A stretch of 52,521 nucleotides of DNA from a virus (taxonomy: Duplodnaviria; Caudoviricetes): IMG/VR virus record IMGVR_UViG_3300036715_004474, positions 1 through 52,521 of that record, one strand, 5' to 3'. Position 1 is the stretch's first letter. Each line of letters opens with the position of its first letter. Below, piece by piece: positions 18,241 to 26,712 of the stretch. The position numbers were made by a program, and so were the translations under genes. The notes under the pieces were generated by a model that was not told the origin of the DNA, did no database searches, and saw nothing but the letters and a program-made list of their open reading frames with translations.

Positions 18241-19785
18241 TCAGTACGCCGGACTGACGTCGCTGATCACGGTGTCGTCGAACAGGTTGTGGCGCACGGC
18301 CGCGATGGCCACGTCGAGCTCCCACCCGGCCGCGCTGAGGTCGACGTTGGTGGCCCTGAGCATGTCCTTGAGGACCGAGGGGTCCAGCAGCGCCTTGCCG
18401 TCCTGGTAGGCGCGCGTCATGGCTGCGATGAGCGTGTTGGCGATGCTCTTCACGCCACGCGGGTACATGAAGCCGGCGACCGGCTTCCCCGCCGCCGGCG
18501 GGTCGGCCGCCACGTTGGGCTGGTTCTGCGTGATGAGCTGGGCCTCGAGGTCCTCCCAGAACTTGAACAGCACGCTGGGGTAGTGGCCCTCGCGCGCCCG
18601 GAAGTCGCTCGTCGACGAGCTGCCGGTCCACGAGTAGCCGGTGATGCTCCGGACGATGTACGCGCTGCCATCGGCGTGGAAGCCGACCGTGGAGACGCCG
18701 CCCTGCAGGTCGGTGGTCTCCTGCGTGGGGGTGGGTCGATCCGCCTTGTTGAACGGATCGGGGACCCGGTACACCTGCCCGAGGGTGCTGTTCTCCGCCC
18801 AGTTGGTCAGGTTGGCCGCGGCGTAGTTCACCTCGGTCACGTGGTGGATCGCGGTGTGATGGGCCGCGATCATCGCCGGGTGCCAGTCGTTGTTCTTCAC
18901 GCGATAGCAGTGCGAGAACACGCTGTTGACGACCGCGGACTGCATGACGGCCGTGGCCTGCGCCGAGGTGCCGTCGACGCCGATGATCATCATCTGCGAC
19001 TTGTTGCCGACCGGCGCCACGCTGCTGGCGATGTAGGCGGCGTACTGGCCCACGCCGCCGTCGCTGGAGGTCACCGAGCTCACCGCGGTGCAGGCCAGCG
19101 AGTGGTACGTGAACTCGCTTTGGTCGATCGCGACGATGGCGTTGGCGACGCTGTCCGCGGTGGTGCCGGCGGTGACCGAGCCCTTGGTGATGGTGGTCGC
19201 CTGGGTGGGATCGTCGCTGGTGATCCGGAGCTGGAGGATCCAGTACTTCGACCGCGGTCCCTTCTGGTAGGTGGTGATATCGAGCACGGCGGCGCTCGAC
19301 CCGTTGATGGCCGCGCTGAACGGGAGGTCGGGGTCGGCGTTGATGGCCGCGACGGCGTTGATGACCTGGGTCGCCGGCGCGTCGCCGGCCGTCACCTGGA
19401 ACTGCAGCCGGCCCTTGCAGGAGTCGACGTTGACGACGGTGCTCACGCTCGCGGTCGTAGCGAACGTGTAGGACACCGTCGACGCCGCGGCGCCGCCGCC
19501 CTCGGCGACTGCCACGCCGTAGATCAGGGCGAAGGGATCGACGGCGACGTACGCGCGGTACTTCCAGGCCATCTCGCTGCGCTGCCCGAAGCGGGTGTAG
19601 CAGTCGGCGAGGCTCTGGATGGGCGCGCCGAGCGTCTCCACGGCCTCGGTGCCGCTGGCGAGCTTGTTGGCGACGAGGACGACGGGGCGGAGGGAGCCGG
19701 TGCTCAGCCCCCGGCCCGCCGCGGGCTTGAACTGCCGCGCGCGGCGCGGGATCGGGGAGCCGGTCGGGATGCCTTGGAGGGCCAT
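18241..19785 (-). CDS. Contractile tail sheath protein
   Basis: 514 aa; FGQRSEM motif, IVRSITGY; Mu L-like N-terminus. Confidence 0.9.
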   Translation of the reverse strand: MALQGIPTGSPIPRRARQFKPAAGRGLSTGSLRPVVLVANKLASGTEAVETLGAPIQSLADCYTRFGQRSEMAWKYRAYVAVDPFALIYGVAVAEGGGAAASTVSYTFATTASVSTVVNVDSCKGRLQFQVTAGDAPATQVINAVAAINADPDLPFSAAINGSSAAVLDITTYQKGPRSKYWILQLRITSDDPTQATTITKGSVTAGTTADSVANAIVAIDQSEFTYHSLACTAVSSVTSSDGGVGQYAAYIASSVAPVGNKSQMMIIGVDGTSAQATAVMQSAVVNSVFSHCYRVKNNDWHPAMIAAHHTAIHHVTEVNYAAANLTNWAENSTLGQVYRVPDPFNKADRPTPTQETTDLQGGVSTVGFHADGSAYIVRSITGYSWTGSSSTSDFRAREGHYPSVLFKFWEDLEAQLITQNQPNVAADPPAAGKPVAGFMYPRGVKSIANTLIAAMTRAYQDGKALLDPSVLKDMLRATNVDLSAAGWELDVAIAAVRHNLFDDTVISDVSPAY

Positions 19786-19788
19786 CGG

Positions 19789-20271
19789 TCACTCCGTGCG
19801 CGGCGGGGCCGCGGCGGGATCGGGGGTGGGGGTGGGGGTGGTGTGCTCGAGCGGGGCCGTGGCGGCCTCCAGCAGGCGGACCGGCGCCGGGTCGACGGCG
19901 GTCGCCTGGAGCTCCGGCGTCGTCGACGAGCTCGCCGCGGCCGCGGCGGCCGCGGCGGCCGCGAGCTCCAGCGCCTCGAGCTTCGTCAGTGCCTCCTCGG
20001 GGTCGGCCGCCTGGACGGGCCCGACGATGCGGAGCGTGCCGGCGTCGGCCTCCATGCGGTAGTGCGCCAGGTGGAGGACGTCGGTGACGTCGACGGCGTG
20101 CGCCCGCGGCTTGAAGTGCTCGGCGAAGTGGTCCGGGCTCGTGGGCACCGGGTGGACGCGCTCCACGCCGACCCGGCGGGAGGTCGCGCGGCAGTCCGCG
20201 ACCAGGTAGGGGACGTCGTTCTCGTCGAGGACCGCCTCGACGAGGATGTAGCTGCGCAGCGGCTTTTTCAT
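19789..20271 (-). CDS. Hypothetical protein preceding the sheath
   Basis: Operon position; Ala/Pro-rich tail. Confidence 0.65.
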   Translation of the reverse strand: MKKPLRSYILVEAVLDENDVPYLVADCRATSRRVGVERVHPVPTSPDHFAEHFKPRAHAVDVTDVLHLAHYRMEADAGTLRIVGPVQAADPEEALTKLEALELAAAAAAAAAASSSTTPELQATAVDPAPVRLLEAATAPLEHTTPTPTPDPAAAPPRTE

Positions 20272-20306
20272 GGATCACCCGAGCAAGCGAGAGAAGCGGG
20301 CGGAGG

Positions 20307-20840
20307 TCAGGGCATCGTCCCGCCGCGGCGTTGCACCCAGTCGGCGCCGTCGAACCAGAAGAGGCCCCACGCCTTGGAGCTGACCGGCATCACGCTGAGG
20401 GTCCCCGCGGCCGGGCCGCCGTTGACCCAGGTGGCCGTGTGCGCGGAGACGTCCTCGCGGGTCACCTCGAGGCGGTGGCCGCGGCGGGCGCCGGTGGGGT
20501 CGAGGATGTAGACGGCGTCGCCGCCCGCGAGGGCAGCGACGGGGATCATGCGCCACGGCCCGCCGGCGACGCTGAGCGTCTGCGAGGTGCCGTCGAGGTC
20601 GGTGCCCCGGTCGTCGTCGGGGTCGAAGAGCCAGGCGCCTCCGCCGCCGCTCGGGCGGATGGCGTTCCAGCTGTCGTCGGCCGTCGCGTCCAGCGGCACG
20701 AACCGGAGCAGCCGGGGGAAGCCCACCACGCGCGCGAACCGCTGCACCAGCGACGCGGGCGCGGCGCGAAGGGCGCCGAGGCTCGGCCAGATGCCAGCGG
20801 CCAGGATGCCGGGGTTGGCGTTGGAGGGGCTCTGGCTCAC
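20307..20840 (-). CDS. Putative virion fibre/decoration protein
   Basis: ATADDSWNAIRPSGGGGAW motif reminiscent of tailspike attachment domains; FWFDGADW C-terminus. Confidence 0.55.
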   Translation of the reverse strand: MSQSPSNANPGILAAGIWPSLGALRAAPASLVQRFARVVGFPRLLRFVPLDATADDSWNAIRPSGGGGAWLFDPDDDRGTDLDGTSQTLSVAGGPWRMIPVAALAGGDAVYILDPTGARRGHRLEVTREDVSAHTATWVNGGPAAGTLSVMPVSSKAWGLFWFDGADWVQRRGGTMP

Positions 20841-21637
20841 GTGGAGGTCTCGTAGGGCGGCGGGGGCAGCACGCGCAGCCCGAGGGGCAGGGCGTTCACG
20901 ATGTCGCCCGACTCGTTCACGCCGGTGCGCACCTGGAGGTCGGGCGTCGCGTCCGCCGGCGTCGCCGTCTTGCCGTCCTCGCTCTCGAAGACTTGGTAGC
21001 TCGCGAGCGCGACGGGATAGGCCCGGATGGCGGGCTGGTCGCTGCCCTGCACCTGGTCGTACAGCGGGCTGAGCATGGTGCGCTCCGAGCCCTGGTAGAC
21101 GATGCCGTGTCCCGCTAGGCCGAGCTGCACGGCGATGTGCTCCCGGGTCGTGTAGGCCTCGTGCCAGCCTTGCTCGATCGCCCGAAAGAGCGTGGCGCAT
21201 GCGGCGGCGCGCAGGCCGTGCCGGTCGACGTGCCAGGCGGGGAGGAGCGCCTCCTCGAAGATCCACGCCGCCATGACGGTGCGCTCGCGCATTCCGCGGA
21301 CCTGTCCGAAGGGCGCACGCTTGTCCTTGTCGTCCCACACGTAGAGGGCCGGGAGCGGGTGCGCCGCCCCGTCACCCGCGCCGCGCGTGAAGAACGCGGT
21401 CGGCTTGGTGGGGTTCCAGAGGAAGACGTTGCCCACCGGCACCGCAGTGATGACGGGCGAGCCGTCGTCGCTGCGCCCAGTGTTGAGGCTGGCGAGCTTC
21501 GCGTTGAGGTCGTAGTTGAGCCAGAAGGCCAGAAAGGCGGCGAGGCCGGCCAGGGTCGGGTCGTCGACGGCGCTGTTGGCGGCGCCCGGCGGCAGGGGGA
21601 GCTGCAGCGGGCCGACGGTGCCGATGGAGGAGGGCAT
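20837..21637 (-). CDS. Putative tail terminator / neck protein
   Basis: LPALYVW motif; gene order. Confidence 0.55.
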   Translation of the reverse strand: MPSSIGTVGPLQLPLPPGAANSAVDDPTLAGLAAFLAFWLNYDLNAKLASLNTGRSDDGSPVITAVPVGNVFLWNPTKPTAFFTRGAGDGAAHPLPALYVWDDKDKRAPFGQVRGMRERTVMAAWIFEEALLPAWHVDRHGLRAAACATLFRAIEQGWHEAYTTREHIAVQLGLAGHGIVYQGSERTMLSPLYDQVQGSDQPAIRAYPVALASYQVFESEDGKTATPADATPDLQVRTGVNESGDIVNALPLGLRVLPPPPYETST

Positions 21638-21644
21638 GGCGACC

Positions 21645-22094
21645 TCAGAACGGGAGCTTGCGGTCGAGTGCCTTGAGCTTGACCGTGTAGTGCAGGGGGC
21701 GCGTCGTATCGATGCCGCGAGGCACCACCTGGTACTGCCGGGAGACGCCGTCCGGGAACGTCAGCAGCCAGTAGGACTCGACGTTCGGCGCGGGGCCGGG
21801 GTTGAGCTGGGCGACCGTGAAGCCGCGGGGCGCGGTCACCGGGTCGAAGGGCGTCAGCGGCCCCACGGTGACCTCGGGGTCTCCAGAGGTGCCGGCGACG
21901 TGGGGCGGGAGCATGGCGCCCGAGATGGGGTCGGGCGCGCCGAGCACGACGGTGGAGACGGCGGACGTCCCGGTCTGCACGTGGCCCGACCAGGTGCGCG
22001 TACGCACCGAAACGGTGACCCGGTGCAGGCCCAGCGCCGGCGCGATGCCGCGCGCCGTTTGGAGCACCCCGAGCAGCTGCTGCTGGAGGGTCAC
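21645..22094 (-). CDS. Putative head-closure protein
   Basis: Size, beta-rich sequence, gene order. Confidence 0.5.
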   Translation of the reverse strand: MTLQQQLLGVLQTARGIAPALGLHRVTVSVRTRTWSGHVQTGTSAVSTVVLGAPDPISGAMLPPHVAGTSGDPEVTVGPLTPFDPVTAPRGFTVAQLNPGPAPNVESYWLLTFPDGVSRQYQVVPRGIDTTRPLHYTVKLKALDRKLPF

Positions 22095-22264
22095 GGCTTC
22101 TTCGGCCAGGCCCAGCGGGCCGTCGCGTCGTGGAGCTGCTCGCCGGCGACCTCAGCGAGCTGGGCAGCGCGGCGGACGGCGATCGCCAGGCCCCAGAGCG
22201 GGTGCGCGACCAGGTGGTGCGCGAGCTCGGCGGCTACGCGACCGGCGTGCTTGAGCTTGCCCAT
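22091..22264 (-). CDS. Small hypothetical protein (57 aa, MGKLKHAGRV...), absent from the ORF track
   Basis: Exactly fills the gap; stop overlaps the next GTG. Confidence 0.5.
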   Translation of the reverse strand: MGKLKHAGRVAAELAHHLVAHPLWGLAIAVRRAAQLAEVAGEQLHDATARWAWPKKP

Positions 22265-22268
22265 CGCG

Positions 22269-22667
22269 TTATCGCATCCCCGGGCCGACCCAGAGGAACG
22301 GCTCGTAGCCGCCGACGTGCACGGCGGTCGCCGTGGGGGCGCCGGCGATGGCGTCGACCCGCAGGTAGGTCTCTCGCCCGTACACGTCGAGGACCACGCT
22401 CTGGCCGTCGCTGATCGGGCCGACTTTCTCGCCGGCGGCCCAGGCGGCGCCGACGCGCCGGAGGATCTGCAGCGTGATCGTGGGCGCCGTGCCGCCGGTG
22501 AAGCGGGGGACCACCAGCACGCTTCTCCAGCCGTTGCAGACGATGTCGCTCGCCGGCGGGAAGTTGGTGTCGTTGATCGTGGTGGAGTCGGCCGAGGGGC
22601 TGGCCGTCAGCGCGCGCGCGATGGCGCTCTGGCTGCCCGCGATGCTGCCCGGGGTGACCTGCGCCAT
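22269..22667 (-). CDS. Beta-sandwich virion protein (possible decoration)
   Basis: All-beta pattern; head-neck region. Confidence 0.5.
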   Translation of the reverse strand: MAQVTPGSIAGSQSAIARALTASPSADSTTINDTNFPPASDIVCNGWRSVLVVPRFTGGTAPTITLQILRRVGAAWAAGEKVGPISDGQSVVLDVYGRETYLRVDAIAGAPTATAVHVGGYEPFLWVGPGMR

Positions 22668-22668
22668 G

Positions 22669-23292
22669 TCAGTACGCCTCCAGCCTGGTGACCGGCCCCG
22701 CGTCGAGGCCGCCGACGGGCTCCACGCGCGTGAGGCGCGAGAGCTGGATGATGATTTCCTGGTACTGCGCGAGGATGGCCCGCTGCACGGCCTGGCCGTG
22801 GAACCAGACCACCTCGCCCTTGTCGACGCTCTGCAGGCCCGCGATCGCGGTGAGCGCCGGCGAGAGCAACGCCTTGTAGACGCGGTCGGCCGCGTGGAGC
22901 AGCTCCCGCAGGCGCGTGACGCCCGTCTCGACGGCGATGGGGTAGCCGCTGACGTCGTGGGAGAGCGCGAACTTGGCCGTGAACGTGGTCGCCGTCACCG
23001 ACTTCACCACCACCGTCTCCACGTCGTCGCCGTTGTCGATGACGAGGCGGACGTTGGCGCCGATCCCCGTCATCGCCGTCGGCGTCACGGTGACGATGAC
23101 GGGCCCGGCCGAGGCATCCACCGCGGTGGTGGCGTTCGTCTCCGGGCCCGCGCTGAGGTAGAGCGCGATGACGTTGGTGAAGAGCTCGAAGAAGCCGTCC
23201 GGCGTCCACGGGTAGGCGCCCACCTGGAGGTTGCCGTAGCCGAGGTGGAACCGGAGGTTCTCGATCTCCTCCGGGGTCAGGACGGCGGGCAT
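22669..23292 (-). CDS. Head-tail adaptor-like protein
   Basis: LTPEEIENLRFHLGY N-terminus typical of adaptors; helical ends with a beta insertion. Confidence 0.6.
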   Translation of the reverse strand: MPAVLTPEEIENLRFHLGYGNLQVGAYPWTPDGFFELFTNVIALYLSAGPETNATTAVDASAGPVIVTVTPTAMTGIGANVRLVIDNGDDVETVVVKSVTATTFTAKFALSHDVSGYPIAVETGVTRLRELLHAADRVYKALLSPALTAIAGLQSVDKGEVVWFHGQAVQRAILAQYQEIIIQLSRLTRVEPVGGLDAGPVTRLEAY

Positions 23293-23322
23293 GGCGTTGG
23301 TGGAGGAGGCGCGGCCGCTCCG

Positions 23323-23703
23323 CTACCGCTGGCTGCCCTGCTGGAGGTAGCGGTAGATCAGGGTCGCGCTCGAGCTGGTGACCGTGCCGGTCCCCTGCAC
23401 GGTGGCCCGGAAGAACTTCCACCCCGCCATGCTGGGGAGCACGTAGCAGCGGGTGGCGTCCGCGGTGATGGTCTCCGAGATCGCGGCGCTGCCAGTGTTG
23501 AGGGGCTTGTACGTCACGCCGTCGACGCTCGCGTAGAAGCGCACGACGACGTTGGTGAGGCTCCCCAGCGTGAAGGCGAGGTCGACGGTGACGCGGGACG
23601 CGTAGCTCTGGTTGAGGTCGAGGGCGGATCCCGCCACCTCGGCGGTGGTGAGGATCGCGGCCGCACGCGCGGCGAAGGCCTTGTTCGGGGCGGAGGATGC
23701 CAT
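23323..23703 (-). CDS. Beta-sandwich virion protein (possible capsid decoration)
   Basis: FYASVDGVTYKPL...WKFFRAT; directly after the capsid gene. Confidence 0.55.
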   Translation of the reverse strand: MASSAPNKAFAARAAAILTTAEVAGSALDLNQSYASRVTVDLAFTLGSLTNVVVRFYASVDGVTYKPLNTGSAAISETITADATRCYVLPSMAGWKFFRATVQGTGTVTSSSATLIYRYLQQGSQR

Positions 23704-23737
23704 GGTGAGCTCCTGAGGGTGGCCTGAGCGGGTGGGA

Positions 23738-24877
23738 TCAGGCCTGGAAGAGGAAGCGCTGCACGCCCCGCGCGTCGAGCGTCTGGAAGGCCTCCACCGA
23801 GCGCCAGATCACCTTGACGTTCTTGCCGTAGTCGGTGTCGCTCGTCGTGTGCATGGTCGGCGGCTCGGCGTCGCCGAAGCCCACGGCCTCGGGGGAGATG
23901 AGCAAGCCCTCGTAGACCGTGGCGCCGGCGGGGACGACGTTGCCGTCGTTGGGGACCGTGTCGCCGGCGTTGTAGGTCTTGCTCGTGGTCGACTCGAAGA
24001 TGTCGACGTCCTCGACCGTCGAGAGGTAGCGGAAGAGGATGTTCCGGTCGACCGCGCTCGGGCCCGACGCGAGCTGACGGTAGGCCGGGTCCTGGACCAT
24101 CTGGGTGTTCCAGGCGGTGGGCACGATGGCCATGTACTTGCCGTTGGCGAACGGCTTGCGCTCGCGGTCGCTGAGCGCCTTGCGCGCCTGCAGCACCAGG
24201 TCGATGTTGGTGTAGTGCCCGGCGCCCGCGGTGAACGCGAGCACGTTGGCGACGGCGTCCGCGTAGGTGATGTTCGGGGTCGCGCGGAAGCGGTCCCGGA
24301 TCACCGCGTCGAGCCACTTGATGTAGTCGTAGCTCAGGTGGTTGGAGACCTCCTGCGCGAGGTTGTCGGCGCTCCGCCGGTAGCGCGCGTCGAAGTTGTC
24401 GATCTGGTACGGGCCGATGCGGTTGTTCGTCGTGTCCCAGGGACCCTCGAACTGCTTGAGGACGACCGGCACCTCCTCCATCTGGATCGACTGGCCGACC
24501 AGCGACGTGGGCTGGGTGGGGTTCACCATGCGGCTCGCCTCGTCGTAGCCGCCTCCGGTGTAGACCGGGCGGCGCAGCTTGAGGGTGTCCCCCTTGCCGA
24601 GGCCGAAGCCGTCCACGTACTGAATCATCCCGACGTAGGCGTCCGCCGTGCGGGCGAACATGTCGAGATTGGCCGGCACGGCGGCGCCCGGACCCGCCAT
24701 GAGTTTCACGAAATTGACGGCGGTGTCGACGCCGGCGGCAACGCCCGCCGTGCGCATCGCGGCGGAGATCGCTGCCATCGCGAAAAAGAACTGGGGCTGG
24801 GGCTGCGGCAGACGCATGCCCGCGCGGACGTTCTCGACGAATTCTTGCGGGAGGGAGTTGAGGTTGACGGCGGACAT
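23738..24877 (-). CDS. Major capsid protein (HK97 fold)
   Basis: 379 aa after the scaffold; GKGDTLKL, GKYMAIVP, DYGKNVKVIW motifs. Confidence 0.85.
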   Translation of the reverse strand: MSAVNLNSLPQEFVENVRAGMRLPQPQPQFFFAMAAISAAMRTAGVAAGVDTAVNFVKLMAGPGAAVPANLDMFARTADAYVGMIQYVDGFGLGKGDTLKLRRPVYTGGGYDEASRMVNPTQPTSLVGQSIQMEEVPVVLKQFEGPWDTTNNRIGPYQIDNFDARYRRSADNLAQEVSNHLSYDYIKWLDAVIRDRFRATPNITYADAVANVLAFTAGAGHYTNIDLVLQARKALSDRERKPFANGKYMAIVPTAWNTQMVQDPAYRQLASGPSAVDRNILFRYLSTVEDVDIFESTTSKTYNAGDTVPNDGNVVPAGATVYEGLLISPEAVGFGDAEPPTMHTTSDTDYGKNVKVIWRSVEAFQTLDARGVQRFLFQA

Positions 24878-24987
24878 GGACCAGCTCCTGCGAGCGCGGC
24901 AAACGCCGACTCGATGGCGCGCTCAAACGGAGCGCAGGTGGATGGTTGAGAGGGGGCGGGGACGAGCTCGGCGGAGGCCGATGGGAA

Positions 24988-25710
24988 TCAAGCGGTGGGC
25001 GCGGGCCTCGAGGCGGCGATGGCCGCGCGGTTCGCCTGGAAGAAGATGTCGGCCTGCATGCCGCCCTTCTTCGAGAGCTCCTGCCACTGGTCGTAGGGCG
25101 TCTTCACGCCGCCGGGCTTCGGAGCGCCGAGCGCGGGCGCCGAGGTCGTGGGCGGCGCGGGGGCAGGCGGCGCACCGGGTGGGCCACCGAGCTTGCGGAT
25201 CATCTGGAGGGCCCGCAGGGTGTCGGCCGGGGAGGTGCCGGGCGGCGCGAACTCCTCGAGGGCCTGGCGCTGCGCATCGGTGAGGGTCCCGCGGAGGACC
25301 TCCAGCGCCTGGGTGGCGACGTCGCCGGCGACCTTGCCCGCGGCGGCCGCGGAGCGCGCCTCGTCGAGCTCTTTCTTGGTCCGCTCGTCCGCCGTGAGCT
25401 TGGCGTCCTCGAGCTCCCTGAGGGCCTTGAGCTTCGCGACCAGATCCTCGGGCTTCTCCAGCCCATGCTCCTTGAGGAAGCGCGTCCGCGCCGTCGCGCG
25501 CTCCTCCTCGAGGCGCTTCTTGAACGCCCCCTCGGTGAGGTCGACCTTGGCGTCCGCCGCGGCGGCGGCGGCGGCAGCAGCAGCTACGGCCGCGGCGTCG
25601 GCCGGCGGAGCCCCCCCCGCCGGAGGAGGGGCGCCTCCGGGAGGGGGAGCACCACCGCCGCCTTCGGGAGCGGCGGCGGCGAAGAGCATGGCGAGCAGGT
25701 GATGGCGCAC
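24988..25710 (-). CDS. Capsid scaffolding protein
   Basis: Pro/Gly-rich N-terminus, coiled coil, short C-terminal helix; upstream of capsid. Confidence 0.75.
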   Translation of the reverse strand: MRHHLLAMLFAAAAPEGGGGAPPPGGAPPPAGGAPPADAAAVAAAAAAAAAADAKVDLTEGAFKKRLEEERATARTRFLKEHGLEKPEDLVAKLKALRELEDAKLTADERTKKELDEARSAAAAGKVAGDVATQALEVLRGTLTDAQRQALEEFAPPGTSPADTLRALQMIRKLGGPPGAPPAPAPPTTSAPALGAPKPGGVKTPYDQWQELSKKGGMQADIFFQANRAAIAASRPAPTA

Positions 25711-25787
25711 GGGGAGCTCCAGAGGGGAAGGTGATGATGGCGCGGGCGCGGGCGCGCCTCAGCGGACGCGCCCGCGGTGGCTGTGCC

Positions 25788-26192
25788 TCAGCTCTCGACG
25801 AATGAGACCGCGAAGCCCATGGGGGTCATCGCGGGGATCGCCGTGGCGTCGGCGAACTCGGTGGCGAGGTCGAGCGTGTTGGCGGTCGCCCCCTCGGTCA
25901 GCTCGAAGGTGATGTCGCTGCCCGAGATGGCGATCGTCTTCGCGCCGAGCAGGAGCCCCGGCGTGGCCGTGTCGAACGCGGGCTGGAACAGCATCGCGTC
26001 CTTGAGCGTCACGGTCTTGCCGTTGCGCCGGCTGTTCTGGATCAGCGCGTCGACGCCGAGCAGCTGGCTGTTGCTCGCCTGGGCGTACGTGCCGGAGATG
26101 GTGAAAAGCACGAGCGCGATCTGGAGCGTCGTCTCGTCGTTGTCGGCCTTGAGCGTGTTGACGCCTTGTCCGGTTGCGGTGGTCACGGCCAT
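25788..26192 (-). CDS. Hypothetical head-region protein
   Basis: AGGAG RBS; beta-rich. Confidence 0.7.
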   Translation of the reverse strand: MAVTTATGQGVNTLKADNDETTLQIALVLFTISGTYAQASNSQLLGVDALIQNSRRNGKTVTLKDAMLFQPAFDTATPGLLLGAKTIAISGSDITFELTEGATANTLDLATEFADATAIPAMTPMGFAVSFVES

Positions 26193-26268
26193 GACGGCTT
26201 CTCCTGAGCGGTGGTGGCGCGCGCGGCGCCGCGGGTGGGGTTACGGGGTGAGGGCTCGGGCGGGCGAG

Positions 26269-26709
26269 TCAGCCGTGGGACTCGTCGGCCTTGGGCGGGG
26301 CGGCGTCCGCCGGCGGCGCCGACGGCGCGTCGACGTCGGCCTTGGGCGGAGCGTCTGCCTTCGGCGCCTCGACCTTCGGGGCCTCCGCCTTCGCGGGCTT
26401 GTCGGGCCTCGTCGTCGCCTCCTGCCTGGCCTCCTGCCTTGGCTTCGGAGCGGCCGGGCGCCCGGCCGGCGGCGCCGCCGCCTTGTCGACCTTCGGGACG
26501 GCGCTGGCCGCGCTGGCGGCCGCGCGCAGCGCGACCGGGCTGGGGGCCGCGGCGGGGCTCGGGGGCTCGGCCGCCAGCGCGCGCTCCGCGGCCCGCTCGG
26601 CGGCGATCGCCTCGTCGGAGCCATCGTGCTCGAGGATGTCGCCGCCGGCGCTGATGCTGATGCCCGGTGCCACGATGCGGACGCCGCTGGTGGTGCAGAA
26701 GAAGGCCAC
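26269..26709 (-). CDS. Hypothetical Ala/Pro/Lys-rich protein
   Basis: GGAG RBS; short globular N-terminus plus low-complexity tail. Confidence 0.6.
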   Translation of the reverse strand: MAFFCTTSGVRIVAPGISISAGGDILEHDGSDEAIAAERAAERALAAEPPSPAAAPSPVALRAAASAASAVPKVDKAAAPPAGRPAAPKPRQEARQEATTRPDKPAKAEAPKVEAPKADAPPKADVDAPSAPPADAAPPKADESHG

Positions 26710-26712
26710 GAT

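Noticed and set aside
5539-19785. Tailocin / eCIS / T6SS
   Set aside because: Capsid, portal, terminase, immunity region and integrase are present, so this is a phage
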